From a virus (Duplodnaviria > Caudoviricetes): a stretch of DNA of 64,000 nt. Under the pieces are notes generated by a model that worked only from the letters and a program-made list of their open reading frames with translations, did not search any database and was not told the DNA's origin. The translations under genes were made by a program, and so were the position numbers. Positions 28,004 to 37,505 of this stretch are shown one piece after another. Each line of letters starts with the position of its first letter. Position 1 is the first letter of the stretch. The stretch lies in IMG/VR virus record IMGVR_UViG_3300032050_000002; one strand, 5' to 3'.

Positions 28004-30778
28004 ATGATTAGTCAAGAAGAAATCAAATCCTTCTTAGAGGGTAATGACCCCGAAGAACACATTGTTGCGATAGAATTCGATTACGCAACCGATTCCATTT
28101 ATAAAATAAAAGAACCACCAGGACAAGGAAAGATTATCAAGAAAGATAATTTTACCGCATTTGCTTGGGTCGGAGACCTTAAAGGGATAAATTTTTATCA
28201 ATCATCAAAAGCACTACAAAAAGAGGCTATGTCCAAATACGGAATTATGATTGAGAAACTTGAGACCAAAGGAAATAAAAGATTGGAAGATGGTCTTAAA
28301 TTTATGGTTAAATCTTTAAAAGGTTACCGTTCACTCATACAATTCTTCAGAGATGGTGGGGCAGACCCTTGGGGAGAAAGAACAAAAGATTTAATAATGG
28401 TTCTACCTCCAGTAGAACAATATCTAATCCAAAAAGAAAAACGTTTATTTAAAGGATATGAAGAATACAACGACATCACAAGGTTTGTATTTGACTTGGA
28501 GACGACCTCATTAGAACCAAAAGACGGTCGTATTTTTATGATTGGATTAAAAACAAATAAAGGATTTCAAAAAGTTATTGAATGTTCCGATGAAGAGCAA
28601 GAAAGAGCGGGACTTGTTGAGTTCTTTAGAATTATAGATGAGATAAAACCAACAATCATTGGTGGTTATAACTCCGCAAATTTCGACTGGTATTGGATAT
28701 TTGAAAGATGTAAGGCGTTACATTTGGATATTAAAAAGATATGTAGAACATTAAATCCGAACTACAATATTAAACAAAGTGAGAATTTACTTAAACTCGC
28801 CAATGAGGTTGAGAAATATAATCAGGTTGGAATGTGGGGTTATAATGTTATTGATATTTTACATTCGGTTAGAAGAGCTCAAGCTATTAACTCAAGTATT
28901 AAGTCAGCGGGTCTTAAATATATTACACAATATATTGAGGCAGAAGCACCTGACCGTGTTTATATTCCCCATGAAGATATTGGTGCAATGTATCGTGATA
29001 AGAATGAGTATTGGTTAAACATTACAAACGGAAAATATAAAAGAGCGGATAAACCTGAGTTCGATAATTTAGATACAAGATTTCCTGGAACATATATAAA
29101 AGTAACGGGGGATAATATTGTTGAGAGATATCTTGATGACGATTTGGAGGAAACCCTATTAGTCGATGATGAATTTAATCAAGGGACATTCTTACTTGCG
29201 TCAATGGTACCAACAACTTACGAGAGAGTTTCTACTATGGGAACTGCGACTTTATGGAAGATGTTGATGTTAGCTTGGTCTTATAAATTCAAATTAGCAA
29301 TTCCTAAAAAACAAGAAAAAGCGGACTTTGTAGGAGGATTATCAAGATTACTAAAAGTAGGATATTCAAAGTCAGTATTAAAACTAGATTATTCTTCACT
29401 ATACCCATCTATTCAATTAGTTCATGACGTGTTCCCTGATTGTGATGTTACAGGAGCAATGAAAGGAATGTTATCTTATTTCAGAAATACTCGTATTATG
29501 TATAAGAACTTAGCGGGGGAATGGTATGAGAAAGATAAGAAAAAATCATTATCTTATGACCGTAAACAGTTACCTATTAAGATTTTCATTAACTCAATGT
29601 TCGGGGCTTTATCAGCACCACAAGTATTTGCTTGGGGAGATATGTTTATGGGAGAACAGATTACTTGTACGGGAAGACAATATCTTAGAATGATGATTAA
29701 GTTCTTTATGAAAAAAGGTTATACTCCGCTAGTAATGGACACCGATGGGGTCAATTTTTCAAAACCTGATGGAGTGGAGAATAGAGTTTATATTGGTAAA
29801 GGTAATAATTGGAAAGTTAAAAAGGGTAAAGAGTATAAGGGTGATGATGCTGATGTTGCAGAATTTAACGATATGTTTATGAGAGGTGAGATGGCATTAG
29901 ATACCGATGGAACTTGGCCTTCTTGTATTAATCTTGCTCGTAAAAACTACGCGGTTATGGACGCAAAAGGTAAAATCAAATTAACAGGTAATACAATTAA
30001 ATCAAAAAAACTTCCACTATATATTGAAGACTTTTTAGATAAAGGAGTTAAATACTTGCTTGAGGGTAAAGGTCAGGAGTTTGTTGAGTGGTATTACGAA
30101 TACCTATCCAAGATATACAATAAAGAAATCCCACTAATGAAAATCGCCCAAAGAGCGAAAGTAAAACTTAGTATGGATGATTATATCAAAAGGTCAAAAC
30201 AAAAAACAAAGGCGGGTGGTGATATGTCGATGATGGCACATATGGAATTAGCAAGACAACATAAGTTAAATGTTAATTTGGGTGACGTTATCTATTATGT
30301 AAATAACGGGACAAAGGCTTCAGAGGGGGATGTTCAGAAGATAACAAAAAAATTAACTAAGAAACAAATAACTGAACTTGAGGCAGCAGGTAAAAAAGTT
30401 CCTGAACCAACAAAAGAAATTCAAATTAATTGTTATATGTTAGATGCCAAAACATTAGAAAATAATCCAGGTATGACAGGTGATTATAATGTTGCAAGAG
30501 CGGTAACAACATTTAATAAAAGGATTGAGCCATTACTTGTGGTATTTAAAGATGAAGTTAGAGATAGTTTACTTGTTGACAAACCTGAAGATAGAGGGTT
30601 ATTTACAAAAGACCAATGTGAATTAATTAATGGACACCCATTTGAACCTGAAGACCAAGATTCTTTAGAAGAAGTTTTAAAATTATCTGAAGGGGAAGTT
30701 AAGTATTGGGAGAAAAGAGGTATTGACCCTAACTATATGTATGAATTGGCTGATGAAGGGTGGGAAGAATACATTTAA
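28004..30778 (+). CDS. polB: Family B DNA polymerase with 3'-5' exonuclease domain
   Basis: FDLETT, GYNSANFDW, LDYSSLYPSI, KIFINSMFG and DTDG motifs. Confidence 0.95.
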   Translation: MISQEEIKSFLEGNDPEEHIVAIEFDYATDSIYKIKEPPGQGKIIKKDNFTAFAWVGDLKGINFYQSSKALQKEAMSKYGIMIEKLETKGNKRLEDGLKFMVKSLKGYRSLIQFFRDGGADPWGERTKDLIMVLPPVEQYLIQKEKRLFKGYEEYNDITRFVFDLETTSLEPKDGRIFMIGLKTNKGFQKVIECSDEEQERAGLVEFFRIIDEIKPTIIGGYNSANFDWYWIFERCKALHLDIKKICRTLNPNYNIKQSENLLKLANEVEKYNQVGMWGYNVIDILHSVRRAQAINSSIKSAGLKYITQYIEAEAPDRVYIPHEDIGAMYRDKNEYWLNITNGKYKRADKPEFDNLDTRFPGTYIKVTGDNIVERYLDDDLEETLLVDDEFNQGTFLLASMVPTTYERVSTMGTATLWKMLMLAWSYKFKLAIPKKQEKADFVGGLSRLLKVGYSKSVLKLDYSSLYPSIQLVHDVFPDCDVTGAMKGMLSYFRNTRIMYKNLAGEWYEKDKKKSLSYDRKQLPIKIFINSMFGALSAPQVFAWGDMFMGEQITCTGRQYLRMMIKFFMKKGYTPLVMDTDGVNFSKPDGVENRVYIGKGNNWKVKKGKEYKGDDADVAEFNDMFMRGEMALDTDGTWPSCINLARKNYAVMDAKGKIKLTGNTIKSKKLPLYIEDFLDKGVKYLLEGKGQEFVEWYYEYLSKIYNKEIPLMKIAQRAKVKLSMDDYIKRSKQKTKAGGDMSMMAHMELARQHKLNVNLGDVIYYVNNGTKASEGDVQKITKKLTKKQITELEAAGKKVPEPTKEIQINCYMLDAKTLENNPGMTGDYNVARAVTTFNKRIEPLLVVFKDEVRDSLLVDKPEDRGLFTKDQCELINGHPFEPEDQDSLEEVLKLSEGEVKYWEKRGIDPNYMYELADEGWEEYI

Positions 30779-31158
30779 TCCAACTTAATACCATCGGACG
30801 AAATTATATACCAGTTGTTTTCAATTAAAACCATCTCAACACAAGCACCCTTACTTATATTAAGTTCATCATAGTACTCATCTATCTTTCCGATAGATGG
30901 GGTTATGGTAACGTTTGTTAATACTTTAATAATAAGGTGGTCGGATTTAGAATTGTCTAAAACTAAATTACAATGTTCGGCATTTTTGATTAAAATTAAA
31001 TCTTCACCATTTGTTTTATACGAAGATTCGGTTACGACTTTTTTTAAAAACTCAGGCACTAACGGAATAAGTTTCTCAAAATATTCAATCTCTTTATGTT
31101 GTTTAATATTATAGGTTTTATCACCAATTTTTTTCCTAACCAATGTCGATTTTATCAT
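30775..31158 (-). CDS. Hypothetical protein
   Basis: 127-aa ORF coupled to the neck gene; its stop overlaps the polymerase stop. Confidence 0.75.
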   Translation of the reverse strand: MIKSTLVRKKIGDKTYNIKQHKEIEYFEKLIPLVPEFLKKVVTESSYKTNGEDLILIKNAEHCNLVLDNSKSDHLIIKVLTNVTITPSIGKIDEYYDELNISKGACVEMVLIENNWYIISSDGIKLD

Positions 31159-32276
31159 ATTACATAAATTTGTCTTGGCATTGCGGTAAATTTCTTTTGT
31201 TTGTTTAAGTTTTCCGCAAGTAACGCCTCACGCTCCATTACTTTTTCAGGTCTTAATCTTGTTAATCTACCCTCAGCACCTGTTAATTCCTCAATTAATT
31301 TAGTTTTTTCGTCTTTTGACTCAGTCGCTAAAGATTGGTAATCCATTGTTAATTCAGAATCAGGAGTTTTTAAATTACCGCTATATTTTCCTCTTACCTT
31401 TGATAAGGTTTCTTTACAATATGCAATAAACCATCTTCTAACCCATTGTTGTGCTGGGTTATTAAGGTCTGCCCAACTAATCTTTTCAAACGGAACATCA
31501 GAAGGTAATCTAATAATATCAGGATTGTCCTTCAAACATTTATCTCTATCAGGACCATCAACCTCATAATACCAATACCAAACCTTACCTCTCATTAATG
31601 TAGAATTTCCAAAATCAAATTTACCACCTGGTACATTCATAAGGTGAATTGCCTTCTTTCCTTCAGGAAGTGCGGTAACTCTATATGTTAATTCTCCCGC
31701 AATAATTCTTCTTTGTATATTAATCTCTTGCATTCTTAATAACATATCAAAGGCAGGCATCATAAAATATGAGCCCGAATAACCAAACTGAGAATAACCA
31801 GCGGGTCCTCCCAAACCAACACCACCTAATGCTCCAAATGTCCAAGGGTCAAATAATAAATTATTTAACTCAGCCGGAGTAAACCATAATAATTCATTTA
31901 ATTCTCTACCGGCAGGAATTTCGTACATTTGTTGTCCTTTAACTAATTGTATGTAATCTTTTTTAAGAACAGAATCTCCTCCCGCTTGCAATCCAACAAT
32001 TTTCGAATACGCGTAAGTATATCTTTGTTCGTAATCTAAACTTTTTGTGGTAAATGCTTTAGATAAAGATTGAGTATCTAAATTTAAATTATAAAGTGAT
32101 GTCCATTGAGATTCAATTAACCAATCTTGGACATATTGCGAATAATCGTCTATTGAGAATTCTAATAGAGTGTCCATTTGTTCATCCTCTAATTCAATAG
32201 ACCTTAAAGGAGCACCTAATAAGTGTCTAACTTTACGATATAAATCGCTTCTTTCTGGTTCTGCAATGATTGACAT
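31155..32276 (-). CDS. Neck protein (T4 gp13-like head-tail adaptor)
   Basis: LLGAPLRSIELEDEQ N-terminus; W...W.IAYCKE.L..VRGKYSG C-terminal region. Confidence 0.75.
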   Translation of the reverse strand: MSIIAEPERSDLYRKVRHLLGAPLRSIELEDEQMDTLLEFSIDDYSQYVQDWLIESQWTSLYNLNLDTQSLSKAFTTKSLDYEQRYTYAYSKIVGLQAGGDSVLKKDYIQLVKGQQMYEIPAGRELNELLWFTPAELNNLLFDPWTFGALGGVGLGGPAGYSQFGYSGSYFMMPAFDMLLRMQEINIQRRIIAGELTYRVTALPEGKKAIHLMNVPGGKFDFGNSTLMRGKVWYWYYEVDGPDRDKCLKDNPDIIRLPSDVPFEKISWADLNNPAQQWVRRWFIAYCKETLSKVRGKYSGNLKTPDSELTMDYQSLATESKDEKTKLIEELTGAEGRLTRLRPEKVMEREALLAENLNKQKKFTAMPRQIYVI

Positions 32277-32293
32277 AATTGTGTTCTTTATAT

Positions 32294-32300
32294 ATAAATA
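32294..32300 (-). promoter_or_regulatory. TATTTAT putative late promoter (minus strand)
   Basis: ATAAATA on the plus strand, 17 nt from the neck-gene start. Confidence 0.6.
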
Positions 32301-33821
32301 TCAATCTATCTTAAAAACTAAATCACTCTTATTTAAGACAAAATTTCCTTCAACAATTTCGGTATTTGAATTATCAAACACATATATTTTTTTTCTATTT
32401 GTGAATATTAACCAATCTGTTTCATATTCCTTAACTCCACCAGTTTCGATAAAATTAACTTTATCCCCGTCAAGTTTAATATCTTTAAAAGGTTTAACTT
32501 GAGCGGTCTTTTTACTTCCATTATAAATAATTTCACAATCAACTCCTTGTAATGTATCACTAAGATTACCAATACTAGCAATCTTTTTAACATTATCGTT
32601 ACCAAGTCTTTCTTTTAATTTTTTAACAACATAGTCTTCGTTAGTATCACCAAAACCACCTGTCTTTTTAACGGTATCCATTAACGATTTAAATGTTGAT
32701 GATTCGGGATTAAAGATTCTATTTTTAAAATAAGTTATTGCGTTTAATAATCTTGTAAGTTGTTCATCATTGTTTTCAACATTAAAGGTTATTGGTCTTT
32801 TCTTCATTGTGAAAAGAACTTTATTTATGTCGTTAACTAAGATACAAAAACAGGTATAATTTGTATTAACTCTATTAAATATTGAACGACCGGGTTCTCC
32901 CATAAAATCGTATAAACCTCTTAATGTCCCTGGAGCATATTCATTTCTTTTATAATAGTTGTCAGGAAACACCTCAGACAAAGTTTTCTCAATCCATTCG
33001 TTAAAATCTTTCTTAATATTTGGGTACTTGTTAAATAACTCTCTATAAAAAGAGTTTTCTCTTGTACTACATTTTTCATCCACCGATTCCGACAAAATAA
33101 TTCTTCTAAAATAATTTTCGTTTAATGTTGTTTTGGTTTTCATTTCATACATTTTGTTAACAAATTCCCAATTAACAAAATCCCAAAAACCTTTTATATA
33201 TTCATCCCTTTTATTTTGGTATTTTAAATAATAAGCATGTTCCCATAAATCTAAACCTAGTAAAGGATAACCACCTCTTTTAATAACATTCATTAGTGGG
33301 TTGTCTTGATTAGGAGTTGACATAATTTTTAATCTTCCCTTTTTGGTTAAAACAAGCCACACCCATCCTGAACCAAATCTTTTTTGTGCAACATCTTCAA
33401 ACCTTGTTTTAAAGTTTTTAAACGATTCAAAATGTTTATTTATTTTATCAAGTAGTTTATCGGAAGGGTTTTGTTTTTTTGGGGATAACATCTTCCAAAA
33501 TAAAGCGTGGTTAAAAGCTCCTCCCGCATTATTTCTAATAACTTTTGGAAATCTACTTATTGATTTTACAATTTGTTCAAGTTCTAAATCACCATAGTCT
33601 TTTTTGGATAAAGCGTCATTCAATTTCTTAACATATCCTTTATAATGTTTGTTATAATGAATATCCATTGTTTCAGAATCAATGAATTGTTTTAAAGAAG
33701 AATAAGAATAAGGTAATTTTTCAATACCGATTTTTTTCATTTCGGTTAATAAGAAATTCTTACTTTCTGACTTTTGAATTTGTTCTAATAAAACTGATGT
33801 CTTTTCTAATATACTTTTCAC
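32301..33821 (-). CDS. sodA: Mn-type superoxide dismutase fused to an uncharacterised C-terminal domain
   Basis: LPYSYSSL, IHYNKH...Y, GGAFNHALFW, FGSGWVWL, NQDNP and DLWEHAYY; about 270 additional C-terminal aa. Confidence 0.9.
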   Translation of the reverse strand: MKSILEKTSVLLEQIQKSESKNFLLTEMKKIGIEKLPYSYSSLKQFIDSETMDIHYNKHYKGYVKKLNDALSKKDYGDLELEQIVKSISRFPKVIRNNAGGAFNHALFWKMLSPKKQNPSDKLLDKINKHFESFKNFKTRFEDVAQKRFGSGWVWLVLTKKGRLKIMSTPNQDNPLMNVIKRGGYPLLGLDLWEHAYYLKYQNKRDEYIKGFWDFVNWEFVNKMYEMKTKTTLNENYFRRIILSESVDEKCSTRENSFYRELFNKYPNIKKDFNEWIEKTLSEVFPDNYYKRNEYAPGTLRGLYDFMGEPGRSIFNRVNTNYTCFCILVNDINKVLFTMKKRPITFNVENNDEQLTRLLNAITYFKNRIFNPESSTFKSLMDTVKKTGGFGDTNEDYVVKKLKERLGNDNVKKIASIGNLSDTLQGVDCEIIYNGSKKTAQVKPFKDIKLDGDKVNFIETGGVKEYETDWLIFTNRKKIYVFDNSNTEIVEGNFVLNKSDLVFKID

Positions 33822-33837
33822 AAATATTTATTTTATA

Positions 33838-33844
33838 ATAAATA
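33838..33844 (-). promoter_or_regulatory. TATTTAT putative late promoter (minus strand)
   Basis: ATAAATA on the plus strand upstream of the SOD fusion. Confidence 0.55.
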
Positions 33845-35608
33845 TTATGTTATTGAATTAATTTTATTCATAATCTGTTCTACGATATCACCTTTATCTA
33901 AATTGTCACCCATTACAGTTTCAATTACAGATTTCTTTGAGTTTACAATATCATATATTGACCCCTCAATAGTATTTTCAAATATTGGGTAATAAACAAG
34001 GACATTATTTTTTTGACCATATCTATACGCTCTATCTTCGGCTTGAGATAAATCACCAGGAACAAATGATAGGTCATTAATGATTACCGATTCCGCCGCG
34101 GTTAATGTTAACCCAACTCCTGCCGCCTTAACGTTACCAACAAATACTTTTATTTTATCGTTTTCTTGGAATTGGTCAACCGCATATTGTCTTTGTGGTT
34201 TAGAAGAACTTCCGTCTAATCTTACCGCTTGTTTACCAAAGTGGTCGGCAATACGATTTAAAGTATCTGTAAAGTTTGTGAATATGATAACTTTCTTTTC
34301 TTGGTCAATTATGTTTTGAGCAAGTTCAATAGTATGTTCTATTTTTTCTTCAGCAATTACTTGTCTTACTTTCATAAGTTTTGTAAACTGAATTGTTAGC
34401 GATTTTGATTCCTCACCCTTTGTTCTATACCAATCAAAGTATTCTCCCATTAACCCTTCATATAATTTAGACCTCAACCTTAAATAAACGGGGGTAATAA
34501 TCTTTTCAGGTAAATCCAATACTTCCGTTTTCAATCTTCTTAATACTTGTTTTGAAGTTCTATCTCTTAGTTCTTCTAAGTTAGACGCTCCTGATACATT
34601 CCAAATCTTTCTGTTACCGGCTTTAAATTGATACCCTTGACAATATCTGATAGCGTAAGCCATCCAATTCTGAGCAACAGGACTTTCAATTAGTTGAAGT
34701 AAATTGAAATAATTCATTGGTCTGTTTGTCATTGGTGTTCCTGTTAATAACCAAAGAGTATCGGCTTTTTTAGAAAAATGATTTACGAGTTTTGTTCTTT
34801 GAGCTTGGCCATTTTGAATGTAATGAGCCTCATCAATTATAATAAGTTCAGGTTTAAACTTACCAATAAATGAATTATCTTTATCTTTTAAATCATAAAA
34901 GTTTTTAAGGATATCGTAATTAGTAATTACAAAATCGTGTTCTAATGAAAAGTTTTTACCCTCACAAATAAAAATACTTCTGTCCGTATAGTTTCTAATC
35001 TCCCTTTCCCAATTAATCTTTAAAGATGCGGGACAGATAATTAAGACTTTTTTAGCATTTGTTTCTAAAGCGGCGATAGTCGCTGAGGTAGTTTTACCAA
35101 CACCCATATCATCCGCCAATATAAATCTTTTAGAACCAACCAATTTTTCTATCGCCTCTTTTTGATGATTTAAGGGTGGTCTATGAGAATATTTAAAGTA
35201 GTCAATTTCGACCACTTTAGTTGTGTGAGTTTTTAGTAAGGCTCCTTTGGGTAACCAAAAATCGTGTATTGTTTCACCCGAAAAAACTTTACCCCAAATA
35301 TGATAGGATTTTTCTTTTTCTGATAATAACTTCTCAACCCAAACTTCAGTTGGTATTTCAGTATATAATTTCTCATCGGCAATTTTCTTTGCGAAGTATG
35401 GGTCTAAATCGACCCACTTCTTAGCAACCCTTGGTGTTTTGTTGTGATTGTTAATTATATATTCTGATTGTGAACGAGTGGGATAAAACTTTTTGTTAGT
35501 ATCTTTTTGGTGTTTTAATTTTAATATAAAATTATTTGCACCATCATATGAATCCAATAAAGATAATGCGGTGTGTTCGATAAGATTATTTGTCAGACCT
35601 GAAGTCAC
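33845..35608 (-). CDS. SNF2-family helicase/translocase (SMARCAL1/HARP-like)
   Basis: DDMGVGKT, DEAHY, LTGTPMTNRP, AGVGLTLT and QAEDRAYRYGQ. Confidence 0.9.
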   Translation of the reverse strand: MTSGLTNNLIEHTALSLLDSYDGANNFILKLKHQKDTNKKFYPTRSQSEYIINNHNKTPRVAKKWVDLDPYFAKKIADEKLYTEIPTEVWVEKLLSEKEKSYHIWGKVFSGETIHDFWLPKGALLKTHTTKVVEIDYFKYSHRPPLNHQKEAIEKLVGSKRFILADDMGVGKTTSATIAALETNAKKVLIICPASLKINWEREIRNYTDRSIFICEGKNFSLEHDFVITNYDILKNFYDLKDKDNSFIGKFKPELIIIDEAHYIQNGQAQRTKLVNHFSKKADTLWLLTGTPMTNRPMNYFNLLQLIESPVAQNWMAYAIRYCQGYQFKAGNRKIWNVSGASNLEELRDRTSKQVLRRLKTEVLDLPEKIITPVYLRLRSKLYEGLMGEYFDWYRTKGEESKSLTIQFTKLMKVRQVIAEEKIEHTIELAQNIIDQEKKVIIFTNFTDTLNRIADHFGKQAVRLDGSSSKPQRQYAVDQFQENDKIKVFVGNVKAAGVGLTLTAAESVIINDLSFVPGDLSQAEDRAYRYGQKNNVLVYYPIFENTIEGSIYDIVNSKKSVIETVMGDNLDKGDIVEQIMNKINSIT

Positions 35609-35635
35609 AATATTTTAATAAACTTAATTAAAACA

Positions 35636-35664
35636 ATAATAAGAAGTATTTATAAATATGTCAA
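35636..35664 (-). promoter_or_regulatory. Sigma70-type promoter of the SNF2 gene
   Basis: On the minus strand: TTGACA (35664-35659), 17 nt, TATTAT (35641-35636); overlaps the divergent TATTTAT at 35647-35653. Confidence 0.6.
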
Positions 35665-36173
35665 ATAATAAAATTCCAATAACGAGATTGGGCAAATTTT
35701 TTGGTCGAGAAGATTTCGATTTAGACTTATCAATGGGGGAAGAGTGGTTACACGGGGATATGAATTTTACTTTGGTATTATACAGAGTAGATAGAATGAA
35801 GACAAAAACCGATGATGTGTATGGTGAGACCGTAGAAGATGGTATTAAGTTTTTACCACCTGTTGAGTTTAAAGGTTATGTTCAAATTATGTCACCCGAA
35901 AACAAAAATCTTGGTAATAGCAAAATAAATCAATTTGAACCAGGTAATTTAAAAGTTTCTGTTTATCAAAAACATTTGGATGAATTGGGTATCGACATTA
36001 ATTTTGGAGATTATATTGGATATTATGAAACTGAGAGTAGGGTTAGATATTATACCGTAAATAACGATGGTAGAGTTGTGTCTGACAATAAACATAATTA
36101 CGCGGGAACAAGACCTTATTATAGAACAATAATGGCTTCTGCGGTTGTTAATAACGAATTTAGAGGATTATAA
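35658..36173 (+). CDS. Head closure/neck protein (T4 gp14-like)
   Basis: DDVYGE, F.PPVE, FEPGNLKV.VY..HL.ELGIDI.FGDYI; position before the terminator and sheath genes. Confidence 0.65.
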   Translation: MSNNKIPITRLGKFFGREDFDLDLSMGEEWLHGDMNFTLVLYRVDRMKTKTDDVYGETVEDGIKFLPPVEFKGYVQIMSPENKNLGNSKINQFEPGNLKVSVYQKHLDELGIDINFGDYIGYYETESRVRYYTVNNDGRVVSDNKHNYAGTRPYYRTIMASAVVNNEFRGL

Positions 36174-36177
36174 AATA

Positions 36178-37221
36178 ATGCCGTTACCTAAAAAAATAAA
36201 AAAAAATATACCTTTAACCGAATCTAAAATTCTTTTAGAAAGAAGACAGGAATTGGTTGATATGATTAATAAAGATGGTACTTATTTACCTAAGAGTTTA
36301 TTACATGCTGATTTGGATGGTGGGTTTTTAGATTTTGTTAAAAATGATTTAAAATTAGTTGTTACAGGTAAACTTGTACCAACCGTTGATGTTATTATAA
36401 CAACCCAAAATTGGGCTCAATTTACGGAGACTTGGAATTTTCAAAATTTAGATAAAAATACTGAACCTCCTTTTGTCACAATAGTTAGAAATCCTGAAGT
36501 AAAATACGGAAGTAATCCTTTAATTTACACAATACCAAATAGAAGACAATATTTTTATGCTCAAGTTCCGACTTGGGATGGTCAAAGAGCGGGAATGGAT
36601 ATATATAAAATACCTCAACCAGTCCCAATAGATATAACATATTCTGTCAAAATAGTTTGTAACAGAATGAGAGAATTAAATAAATTTAACCAAATTGTTT
36701 TAGAAAAATTTTCATCTAGACAAGCATATGCGAATATAAAGGGTCATTATATACCTATTTTAATGAACAACATTTCAGATGAATCTGTAATGGATGTCGA
36801 AAAAAGAAAATATTATATTCAAAGTTATGAGTTCACTATGTTAGGGTTTTTAATAGATGAAGATGAGTTTGAAGTTTCGCCAGCGGTAACAAGAATATTA
36901 CAGATTTATGAATTTGATAAAAAATCTTTAAAACGAAGTAAACGAAATGAAAATGAAGAAAAACCAACAACTATTAATTTTCTTTTTGTTGTCGGTAATA
37001 ATATTTTAACGGAAAAATTTAACTATACATCAAATATAAAAGTGGGTAACACTACTAATTTAAATTTATTAAATGGGTATTCTGTTTATATAAATAACAA
37101 TTATTATGGTGACGATGTTACTGAAATACAAATAAACACTAATGATGTTCTAAAAATAGAAGTTAATAAACAAGATATTAATTTAGAGTCTAATATAGAA
37201 TTATTTATAGAATATATTTAA
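36178..37221 (+). CDS. Tail terminator/sheath stabiliser (T4 gp15-like)
   Basis: PQPVPIDITYSVKI, YIQSYEFTMLGFL; ATG at 36178 preferred over the TTG at 36145. Confidence 0.65.
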   Translation: MPLPKKIKKNIPLTESKILLERRQELVDMINKDGTYLPKSLLHADLDGGFLDFVKNDLKLVVTGKLVPTVDVIITTQNWAQFTETWNFQNLDKNTEPPFVTIVRNPEVKYGSNPLIYTIPNRRQYFYAQVPTWDGQRAGMDIYKIPQPVPIDITYSVKIVCNRMRELNKFNQIVLEKFSSRQAYANIKGHYIPILMNNISDESVMDVEKRKYYIQSYEFTMLGFLIDEDEFEVSPAVTRILQIYEFDKKSLKRSKRNENEEKPTTINFLFVVGNNILTEKFNYTSNIKVGNTTNLNLLNGYSVYINNNYYGDDVTEIQINTNDVLKIEVNKQDINLESNIELFIEYI

Positions 37222-37382
37222 CTTTCACCATAAATATCTTTTTTTTCTTTACACTTTTCAACTATAAGTTTTTCTAAAAACCTATACATTTTAATACCGT
37301 TTTTATCACAATACTTTTTTAGTAAGTCATGAACCTCAATGGATATCTTTAAATTCTTTATTTTTTTATTACTGGTCGACAT
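37218..37382 (-). CDS. Ribbon-helix-helix DNA-binding protein (54 aa; not in ORF track)
   Basis: Own translation MSTSNKKIKNLKISIEVHDLLKKYCDKNGIKMYRFLEKLIVEKCKEKKDIYGES: alternating strand, helix, G-turn, helix. Confidence 0.8.
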   Translation of the reverse strand: MSTSNKKIKNLKISIEVHDLLKKYCDKNGIKMYRFLEKLIVEKCKEKKDIYGES

Positions 37383-37393
37383 AAGATAATAAA

Positions 37394-37424
37394 GGCAGAA
37401 TTTATTCTACCTAATTTATAAATA
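37394..37424 (-). promoter_or_regulatory. Inverted repeat (possible operator) and TATTTAT upstream of the RHH gene
   Basis: GGCAGAAT-TT-ATTCTACC at 37394-37411; ATAAATA at 37418-37424. Confidence 0.5.
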
Positions 37425-37461
37425 CTATGAATAAAGTAAAGAACTTTGTTATTTTTTGTAA

Positions 37462-37468
37462 TATTTAT
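37462..37468 (+). promoter_or_regulatory. TATTTAT putative late promoter of the sheath gene
   Basis: Followed by an A-rich leader to the ATG at 37506. Confidence 0.65.
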
Positions 37469-37505
37469 CTATAATAAATAAAAAAAATAAAATTAAAAAA
37501 GAATA

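Noticed and set aside
35651-35658. T4-type TATAAATA as the late promoter
   Set aside because: Present in only a few copies as part of TATTTATAAATA and here overlaps the ATG; TATTTAT is the element common to all sites.
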